Of a stretch of 64,000 nucleotides of DNA, positions 54,320 to 64,000 are shown piece after piece. Position numbers and translations under genes: made by a program. The DNA comes from Schmidtea polychroa (Eukaryota), in contig CM097885.1 of NCBI GenBank assembly GCA_044892525.1, forward strand, positions 12,898,001 through 12,962,000. The letters run 5' to 3'. The notes under the pieces are model-generated. The model did not search any database. It was not told where the DNA came from and saw only the letters and a list, made by a program, of their open reading frames with translations. How positions within the stretch are numbered: position 1 is the first letter of the stretch; each line of letters begins with the position of its first letter.

Positions 54320-54730
54320 CACGATATATTTCGACAGTTTTCTTGTCATCATCAGGTAGGATATAATAACTATATAAATTAAGGATTTTAAATAAATTTA
54401 TTAATTTTATTAGTTATATAAAAAAATTTTTATTTAATAAAAACATTTTATTCTTTTTAAAATTATAATTAAAATTAAAATAATATATTATTTTTAAAAT
54501 TTTAGCATTTAAAATTTAATTTAATTATTTAAAGATTTTAAAACATTTTTATTAATTATTTAATTTAACAAACAACAATCAATACATACAATATACAAAA
54601 ATTATTTATAAACATTTTAAACACAAGTATTCACTGCATTCTGCAAATTAACTTTCTAATTCAATGACTTTATCAACAACTCCTCACAAATTATACGTTC
54701 CCAATAATTATCGAAATTTTTTAATAAAAT
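54320..54730 (-). mobile_element. Penelope-like element 3' end (GIY-YIG tail followed by pLTR with hammerhead motif)
   Basis: 54600-54725 is homologous to 48565-48690; CTGATGA-stem-GAAA motif at 54320-54360 on the minus strand; related copy near 41640-41730. Confidence 0.75.
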
Positions 54731-55165
54731 TGAATTGATATTTTGTGAATAAACAATCATGTCTCTTCCCGTGATCAATAAAATTATACCAAATTCAGTA
54801 TTATTTAAAAATTATTATAAATTACAATTTATAATTTATGGAAAATATTTGCATGACATTTGAAGAACAAAAAATCATCATAAATATCTGAAAATATTTT
54901 CAAAAATACATTTTCTGAAATGATTGTATTTATTACATAACAAATGTTGACTTCTATACTTAAATAATTACTTACTTCCAGGAATACCTAATGATCAATA
55001 ATGATGGCGGGACAAAATACTACGGACAAAATGAATAAATAAATAACGAAATAAACTGAAAGATGACCAATAAAATGCATTCTATTAAATGCATGTAACC
55101 TTAGATAAACTAATTGGTAAAATGAATAAAAAATAACGCTCTCTCAATATAATTGTTGTCTGACA

Positions 55166-55587
55166 TAGGATTGCCAGATTTTCACCAAGACAAACCGGGA
55201 CAATCCGGTAAAACCGAGACGTCTGGTAACCCTAGTAACTATATAAAAAATTAAAATAATAAACCAAGTATAAATATAAAAATCAATAAACTCACATATT
55301 TTTAAATAATTTAATAGCTTTAAATATTGTAAATAAAAAAGTAACTTTTTCACGACGGCCACAGATTAAATTAAACAAAAACAAAACTTAACCATCTGTC
55401 ATTCATAACAAAAACCAACTACCCAACAGGAAAAGTGTCATATTAAAACCCATCGAACAAGAAAGCTAATTCGAAAAATAGAAAAAGTGTGATAAATAAA
55501 CGAAACTTCGGAGGCAGTTGTTCTCCAAAATCTTTAATTTTGTTTGCAATATTGCAATGCAAAAACCCGGGACGTCTGGCAACCCTA
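55166..55587. mobile_element. MITE nested in a larger GGACAAAAT-subrepeat element (~55005-55947)
   Basis: TAGGATTGCCAGA / TCTGGCAACCCTA TIRs; TCTGACA duplicated on both flanks. Confidence 0.7.
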
Positions 55588-57185
55588 TCTGACAGCAATT
55601 ATATTGCAGAAGTGTATAAACAACAACATTATTACCGTGTAACCGTTGTCACCGAAAACTTATTTATTCATTATAATTTACATATTTTTTGGACTAATTT
55701 AGATTTTCTTTTGTTTTTTATTGTTATTAAACTAAAGACAGAAAGAACCAGACATTTAAGCTAAATAAAAACCACTTACTTACTCACTTTTCTAATCACT
55801 AATCTAGCCCTTCAAAATTAATTAACAATAATTAACTAACTATATTTTTAAAAAAATTAACTTATTATTCTACCATTTAATCCTTGTACCATTTTGTCCA
55901 ATATCATTATGTCCGCATACCATTTTATCCATACCATTTTGTCCGCTACTATTTTGTCCCAGAACCCAATACATTGTTACATAGAAAATTATGTATTTAG
56001 ATTATACTTTTTACCAACAGAGTTAACTAGATGTAAAAAGTCTTCATATTTTATACATTAAATAAAGTGTTTTAGATGAGAATGTGGGTTCATTTAAATA
56101 TTTGGGCACCAGTATAAGTAGAAAAGTAAGAATTAAAAGATTTTCTGTGACCGTCTCGGTATTATATATATATATATATATAGTTGCGGATGAGATTTTC
56201 ATGTCGCTATTTTTACTTTATTAGAGAACCTTTGAGAAATATGTAATTAGATTTTGTAAGTCGTAAACATAAATATAAAATTTTATTATATGTCCATTGC
56301 AGATTTTCAAAGACTTGTCACTTATTTATCATAAATATTTTTACCAATGTTTTCAAGAAATGAATCTGTTATCATTTTTGAATTTAATTTAATTTAAAGA
56401 TGTCATAAATTATTAATTAACTATGGACAGTTTTGGTTCTAACCGTAGTCGGCGTCCATGACCACAGACAAAGGCATTTTCATAATTTTATTGTCAGTTT
56501 TAACAAAAAAATAAAATGAATTTGGAAAAGTTTTTTTTGCAATTTCTGTTTAAATTTGCGAGTTTTCCAACTTTATTATTATAATTGTAGGTTAGGAATT
56601 TGGTAGATAATAATTCTGTCCTTTTGTCTAGGACGTGTATTCATGAAGCTACAATAACTTTTTTTTTAAAAATTAATGTCGGTTTATGGTTTAATTTCAA
56701 AATTATTGCATTTTCTATTTTTGTATTTGAAAATTTGCATCTCGCCTACGCACAGAACCGAGTCTGAATATGGGTATCGCAATATGGGATATGGGAATAT
56801 ATTAAATTATTTTGAAATAAGTACACGAAATATTTTACATATATTTTATTTTATTCAAGAAAAATTATCTTAACATGGTAAGGCAACTCGTTTCAGTTTT
56901 TTAATTGAGAAATAATAAATATCTTGAGTAGTACTTAAATTAATAAAGTTATGAGCAATACAATCATACAGAAAACATACATATTTTTGATTGGTTTTCA
57001 CTTTAAGGTCATATTTGACTCTTAATAAATGATATTATATTTTTCATGTAATCATGAAATTATGACATCTCAATAATTTACATATAAAAAATTAAATATT
57101 ATTTTCAACATAAAATTAGAGTTATATTTTTTGATAAGGAGAAATTAAACAATACAGTATCTCTAATTTTTAATGTATTTTTTAG

Positions 57186-57367
57186 GGAAATTAATGCTTT
57201 CATTTACGATTCCAATGTTCTCGAATATCGAGCAACAAAGGATGAAAATTGCAAACTGAAGACAGTTGGAAATTTATTTGCCATGACAGGATATGGTGTT
57301 GGATTTCCAAAGAGTTCAAAATGGTTAAATCTAATAAATGATCGAATACTAAATTACGAAAGCAACG
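57186..57367 (+). CDS. Nmdar2: NMDA receptor GluN2-like subunit, exon (S2)
   Basis: tttAG / GTAAAT; INAFIYDSNVLEY...CKLKTVG...MTGYGVGFPKSSKW. Not in the ORF track. Confidence 0.94.
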
Positions 57368-57413
57368 GTAAATGCATAAATTTCACTTGAATATCTCATT
57401 TATATCAATATAG

Positions 57414-57649
57414 GCAAAATGCAAAGATGGAAACAATATTGGCTAACTGGCGCTTGTAAGAAAGACAGAAGATTGGACAGTACGAATAAGAGATTGGGAG
57501 TGAAAAATTTCATTAGTGCATTTATTTTGCTGCTAGGGGGAATTATTTTATGTAGTTTGCTTCTTTTATTGGAGCATGCATTTTACAAATATCTGAGACC
57601 TCATTTAACCAATATTGACAAATATGGTTGTTGTGGACTTGTTAGCATA
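57414..57649 (+). CDS. Nmdar2: NMDA receptor GluN2-like subunit, exon (S2 end and M4)
   Basis: Follows a 46-bp intron; YWLTGAC...LGVKNFISAFILLLGGIILCSLLLLLEH; GTAAG donor. Confidence 0.94.
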
Positions 57650-57695
57650 GTAAGAAAGCTACTTAAAACAATAGGTTTGTATTATAGTTTTGTAG

Positions 57696-57938
57696 AGTAT
57701 GGGTCAGATTTTGAATTTTGAACAGTCTGTCAATCAGACAGTCGACATGGTAAAACACCATAAATGCTCAAATATTATTTGCGAGTCAAAGTGGTTAAAA
57801 GCAAGAAACGAAGCAGATAGATTGAAAAAACGAGTCGAGATGCTAGAAGATGCTTTAATTTTAGAGAAATCGCAAAATAAAAATAAAAAGCAGTCAAATA
57901 ATTATCAGGAAGAAAAAATTAAAGATTGTACAGAGTAA
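57696..57938 (+). CDS. Nmdar2: NMDA receptor GluN2-like subunit, C-terminal exon (possibly not the last)
   Basis: Follows a 46-bp intron; SMGQILNFEQSV...HKCSNIICE...coiled-coil-like segment typical of invertebrate NR2 tails. The TAA at 57936-57938 overlaps a possible GTAAAT donor. Confidence 0.85.
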   Translation, partial: SMGQILNFEQSVNQTVDMVKHHKCSNIICESKWLKARNEADRLKKRVEMLEDALILEKSQNKNKKQSNNYQEEKIKDCTE

Positions 57939-58441
57939 ATTATTATATTTTAATTACAGCTTATCATTACAATTATAATTATTGTTCAATTTTTCTACAG
58001 TTTTTATACTATAATATATTGTAATTTGCTTAAATACATGGAATTTTATATAATATATATGTGCATATTTAGAAAATCGATGAATATAATTAATATAATT
58101 ATCGAAAACTTCGATTTTTATTTGATTTTAATTTTATTATTCGAAAATTGCAACATTAATTATATTATATTATATAAATTATTATATTATATTTATTATA
58201 TTATATTATATATTATATTATTATATTATATTATATATATTATATATAATATATTATATTATATTATATAAATTATTATATTATATTTATTATATTTATA
58301 TTTATATTATATTTATAATTATTATATTTGTTTTAATTTGATAATACGCATTTGTGTACTTAACCCATTCGCTGCTACGCCTGTAAATATACGTTTTGAA
58401 ATTTTGTAATCTGTTACTGACTTGTGCTACTGTCATAAATA

Positions 58442-58816
58442 CAGTGCTCGAAGTGGAACAAAATATGGGCCGGGATAGGCATGCTGTTGCACCCGGGATT
58501 CCAGGCTTTTATGCAGAAATTTTCAGTTGGGGGTGTTGCAAAACTTTGGGGGGTGTCCAACAAATACCTACCTATCCATTACTGCTGCTTGGAAATTCTT
58601 AATTGAATAGAGAATAGAGAATAAAGAATATATATATACATACATATATGGATGTACTATGTGTGACCTTAATTGCAGTATTTGTGTGCCTATAAAATGA
58701 AATAAGTACCGGGATAAACCTATAGATTATATGAAATGAAGTGCCGGGATGCAATTCCGCCTATATAATCAATGCTGGGATAATATCCCGGCTATCCCGC
58801 CTCACTTCGAGCACTG
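58442..58816. mobile_element. hAT-type MITE
   Basis: TIR CAGTGCTCGAAGTG / CACTTCGAGCACTG; perfect 8-bp TSD CATAAATA. Confidence 0.88.
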
Positions 58817-60489
58817 CATAAATATATATATGAAACTAGTTCAATGCCCTACTTTTGTAATTGTACGTTATTATTATAACGATCATTATACATCTCCCTC
58901 TGACATTTTAATAATATCATAATGATGGTAAAAAAAGAAATTATTTTAAAAAGCGAAATTACATTAAGTTAAATAATATTATATTTGATAACATCTGTTA
59001 TAATATAGTCTGAAATAAATACAATTAAATAAATACAAATAACTTCTAAATTCAAAAATCTTTCAATAAACTTAATATTAAAACAATTACTATGAATTAT
59101 TGTAAAGTTTTTTATTTTATATTGTGTAATATTTGGTAAATTATTTAAAAATTTATTTATAAATTTATTATAATTTGATTTTTTAATATTTTATATTGAA
59201 AGATTTACACTAATTTATTAAATAATTTACTAATTTCAAATAAATTAAGATCATATCATTTACATTGAAAAGTGATTTTTCATTTAAAATAATCCAATTT
59301 ATAAGTTTAAATATGATTCAATATTCAATTTTGTTAAACTTCCCAGTTTTCTTGGCAAAATCAGATTTAATTACAATTTAATTATTGGCAAGTGTTATAT
59401 GCAATTCTAGAATCCAGATATTTATTTTAATCTCGAAATCCCAGAATTTACATTATGGAATTTTATCAATTATTATAACATTTTTAATCTTTTTTTTTAA
59501 ATATTGTATATAAATATAACATTTAAATTTTTGTCCAAAAATAAGCTATGACTATTTTTGTTTGACTGCTGTAACAATTTTAAATTTTAACTTGCAATAA
59601 TTTTTGAAATTATTAATATTTTTAGTATGTTTTCGAATTTATGAATGCAAGGAATATATTGAATTAAATATTGTTTTTACAATCTAATGTTTGAAATTAA
59701 TAATTCTTATGTTTAATATTGAAAAGGCAAATTCCTGAATTTCGGTAGTAAAAATAGTAATAAAAATTAGTAATTAAATAATTAATAATAAAGTAGACAT
59801 CTTATGAAATATTTAATCAAAAAAAGAAGGCAGAGTTTTTATAATTGAAAATCGTCAACAAAATATATTAAAATATAACATTGCTATATATTTCGACCGT
59901 TAAACAGTCTTCTTCAGGATATGAGTCGTATTAATAACAACTAAATGAAAATAAGAATATTCAAACAAATTAACAAATAGTAATCGTAATCATATTGTAT
60001 CAAACTAAGAAATTTATTAAAAAGAGCTTGAAGACATAAATCAGTAAATATATCAAAAACATCGATATATTTACTGATTTATAGTTTTCAAGCTCTTTAT
60101 AATAAATTCAATGGAAAATAAAATCAGTGGCAAAATTGGAAAAAAAGTTCTTATAAACTAAGAAATGTTTATATAAAAATTTTTCTTTTTGAAAAAAGAC
60201 ATTTTTTTAATCATATAAAAATTATTATTTTAATTTGAAAAAAACACAAAATTGTTAACATTCTCATACAAAAATTTTTTTTAAATAATATAAAAAATAA
60301 ATTTAATTTAAATTTAAAAATTGTTTTCATACAAAAAGTTTAATCAACAATGACATCATCCGAAATAAACAACATACGACGTTAAATTATTGTAGACTGC
60401 ATACTTTGAAAATTAATTATAGGATTTAAAGATACTCATACTTAAATTTTCACCACTGATTTCTTTTTAATAAATACAATGAGAAATAC

Positions 60490-61170
60490 TTATCTTTTTA
60501 GTAGTACACTTCCTAAAATGATCACTCATGTGAGTCACACCATTCCGTCGGTAATGTTCAAGAACTCGATTGTAGAGATGACGGGCAGTCCTTCCAATGT
60601 ATGTGGCATTACATCCATTACATGAAAATTGATATTCGAGTATTTAACACAGACCAACTGAAGTTGTAGACTTATTAGTGAACATTATACCAACTTTGCA
60701 AGACTTTGAAACAATTCTAAATAAAGTCTTATCTACATGTTTAAGAATCTTATGCTTGAATTCTCTGAAACCTTCAGAATAAGTTATTACCAGAACGTTT
60801 ATTTGACCAGTGTTCCTAGATCTGATTTTTTCACCTTTCGAACTTGACAACATATTAACTTCAACATCAATAGGATCATTTCTTTTAAATAAAATATCAT
60901 GAGTATTCAACATTCATTTATCAACGGTCTCTTTATCATGCGGTCTCAAGCACTCAAGAAAAGATTTAGAATATCCATTTTTAAGAAGCAACATAACCAG
61001 ATAATCAATGCTCTTCACTGAATTTATAAATGTGGATGATAAAGATAATGCATAAAAAACTAATCCTCTCACCATAAATTGCTTGTATTTATATTTACAA
61101 AAGCACTCAGGAGTAGTATAAAGACCAGTATCAGTCGCTTTTCTGTATATTTTAATCTGATAGCCTTTTC
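60490..61170 (-). mobile_element. Penelope-like retroelement remnant (RT thumb and GIY-YIG endonuclease)
   Basis: YRKATDTGLY...LLKNGYSKSFL and YQFSCNGCNATYIGRTARHLYNRVLEH...H...C on the minus strand. Confidence 0.85.
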
Positions 61171-62339
61171 CCTTTCGTTGAATTATTGTTTATTTAAATG
61201 TTTATATTGGTTTTATTATTACCAAAAATACATGCATAATCAGAATTCAGAAATCCTGGTATTAAAAAATCTTTTCCAGGTTGGATATCTTAACAATAAA
61301 AGACAGTTGTAATTATTTATTATATATATTAATTAAACAAAAATTAATTAAAAAATTTTTTTCCATTATTCTTTTAAACTTTCGAGAATCGTGAAACATT
61401 TCTTTGAAATTATTTTCCCACATAAAAACTGATAAAGAATTATTTAGATAAACAATAAATATTATCAGTAAAACAATTGCTTTACTCACAGGAGTTGGAA
61501 TGAAAATATAATAACAACTTATTATAAAGTTTTTCCATAATTCTAAATAAAAGGTTATTAATATTTTTATCAGTATTTTCCCTATTAAGATTAATTGGGA
61601 AAGAAAAATAAAAACTTTATTAACGATCACCTTGTAACATTGACGGGTTTCCTTAAATGGGGAAAATTTAACAATAAAACATTTTTGACCACTAAAAAAT
61701 CTGAGATTATAAATCTTAAGTGTATAAAACATTTTGTTTAATAAATGTATAATTTAGGAGATAAATAAACATTTTTTATCATTATAACAAATATTGTTGT
61801 TTTTATAAAGTAATCTTTTTTAAAATAAATTTTTAAATCAGCTGAATATTGAATTAAATTATTTTATTATAAAAATATTTAAATATCTAAAAAATGATGG
61901 CCCATTTTTAATAAAATCTCAAAAACGCTAAATAAACAAAATATATCTCAAATAGATTTTTCTCATTATCAGTCTGTCATCATAAATTATGTCAACAGTT
62001 ATATACGGAAACAATAATGGTGTAATGGTTTTGATTTAATGAGTTAATTAAATAAAGGTAGTATTTTCTAAATTTCTAAAAATAATCATTTGGTCACCTA
62101 ATTTAATTTATCGAAATCAGAATTAATTTTAGTTAGTATAATTTAATTAATAATTATCAGAATTAATTGAAATCGGTTAAATTTAATTAATAATACTTAG
62201 AAATTATTTTAATGCCGCAATGATAGAAAATAAATATTGTGGATCGTATACAATTCACAATGCGTTCAACTTGTTAATTAACAATACTTTGATTATTAAT
62301 TAAAAAGCCAACTAGTCTGTTGTATTTTACTCCATCAGG

Positions 62340-62660
62340 AGATATTAAGGAATTGTAAAAACAGCAATGCAAAATTTATTTGGAATCGCAAGAAAAGCAT
62401 GACTGGGATTCATCCGACAATTACAAGTCATGTGTTCCTTCAATGTGGATGGTAAAAATTAATGAACAACAATGGGAAAAAAGTTCATATATGTATGAAT
62501 TGGACAAAAAATTATATATGCAAACTTGTTATTGGAATAGCGAAACGCGTAAATCTGTGTAAGATATCTCGGAATGCTTCAAATATACTCTTTGGTTTCA
62601 AGAATGGCCAAGACCGACCAGTTTTAACAAAAAAACGCGACAAATTATTCACATAAAAGG
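62340..62660 (+). pseudogene. MULE-type transposase SWIM zinc-finger remnant
   Basis: W...C...KNYICKLVIGIA...RP pattern spread across frameshifted ORFs 62380 and 62462. Confidence 0.55.
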
Positions 62661-63309
62661 GAATTAGCAAAGTTATATCTAAATATTTTGGTTAAGTCAT
62701 AGAGAACGATAATGAAACTTAAGTTATTAAGATTTGTGTGGTTGCAATTGCGGTAACATTACATTTTACTCAACGTTTCTCAGTCCCTTTCCAGCTAGTT
62801 GGGATCGAGCAGATATCGCAGTTCCTCATCAGTACTGGAAATTTCTTTTCAGTGATTGTTTGTGTCTACGTCATTTAACGAGTTTGCAAAATGGATCATT
62901 ATCGTGAGGATTCAGTATTAATGCAAGAAATATTGAACTACGTTTCTGAAATCTTTAAAACATTCATACAAAATTTATTGAGCGTTAAAAATATTGCTCA
63001 AATTTATCGATATTCACAAATTTCAGATTGAACGGATGAATAACATAAATTCAGCTGTCTTTTGAACCAATTCGGCTGTTATCTAGCACTTAGATTTCGA
63101 CGGTAATCTTTATCATAACTGGATGTATTTGATTTACCTAATTTATTCAATAATGCCTGGAACTGACTAAGAAAGAAACATGATAAACCAATCAAACCAA
63201 TTGTTTTTAACATTTACACGTATGGTTGTTTATATGCATAAATTAAATAATCTGATTGGCTGGCGTATGTATTTATAATTCCATTTTTTGTTAAATGGGT
63301 GAGGTGGAA

Positions 63310-63983
63310 TACAGAAGTGTGATAAAATTCTATTCTTTGTGTTGATAAAATTCTATGAAATATTTCGTGATAAGGCAATTGCATATGGCAAGAAATGTCC
63401 TTCTAGATCAACTTTATATCGTTGGATATCATTATCCAAGTATGGACATGAAAGTTTGCACCAGCATTATTCCAATGTTGGCAAACAAACTGAAATTTCC
63501 GATCAAAAGATCACGTGATGTGAGGCGATTATTCGAGCTGAAAGACGAATTAAGGTGGGTGAAATTGCAAAATTACTTAAAATAAGTGTTGGCAGTTGTC
63601 ACAACATCATTGGAAAATTAGGCTATCACAAATTATGCTCACGAAAAAAACGGAAATCAAGAAATATTCAACTTTGGCTCCTTGTTGATAATGCTCCTGT
63701 CCATTGAAGCAATGTTGCACAATGTTCAACAGAAAAGAGTGGTTTTAGACTTCTCCAACACCCACCTTACAGCCCAGACCTTGCTCCGAGTGACTACTTT
63801 TTGTTCAAACACTTGAAGAAAGCATTACGTTGCCATCATTTTGAGACATCAGATGCACTCCAGCAATTTGTTGAACTGTGGTTTCCAAAGCTTCCTGGAC
63901 ATTTTTTTACTGATGCATTTAGAGATTTGGTTATTCGATGAAATAAGCTGGTTGCTGCCAATGGAAGTTATATAGAAAAATAA
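63310..63983 (+). pseudogene. Internally deleted mariner transposase
   Basis: DNAPVH...HPPYSPDLAPSDYFLFKHLK...GSYIEK*; in-frame stops. Confidence 0.9.
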
Positions 63984-64000
63984 TTAAATGTGTTTTTCGA

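Noticed and set aside
61079..61732. ORFs 61079 and 61313
   Set aside because: Low-complexity F/I/L-rich translations; 61079 partly overlaps the antisense of the Penelope remnant.

Overview
AT-rich eukaryotic (invertebrate animal) genomic DNA. The mix of 46-bp and multi-kb introns and the (AAT)n/(AT)n microsatellites is consistent with a flatworm-like genome, but that is inference. The window is spanned by a + strand invertebrate NMDA receptor GluN2/Nmdar2-type gene. Ten exons (6096-57938) splice in frame through GT-AG introns into about 632 codons covering the end of the ATD, S1, M1-M3, S2, M4 and the C-tail. Its introns are packed with mobile DNA. The main accessory feature is a 7.5-kb Polinton/Maverick-like element (10388-17874) with ~700-bp terminal inverted repeats, AG...CT ends and a perfect 6-bp target-site duplication (AACTAT). 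It carries an A32/FtsK-like packaging ATPase head-to-head with an intronless, minimised TATA-binding-protein (TBP)-like gene, plus two unknown ORFs. I found no polymerase, integrase or capsid gene in it. Also present: Penelope-like element fragments with minimal hammerhead-ribozyme motifs (including U3-A8 core variants), a Gypsy pol remnant, mariner, Tc1, pogo, hAT, piggyBac and MULE transposase relics, and many MITEs. All calls are by eye; no database searches were run.
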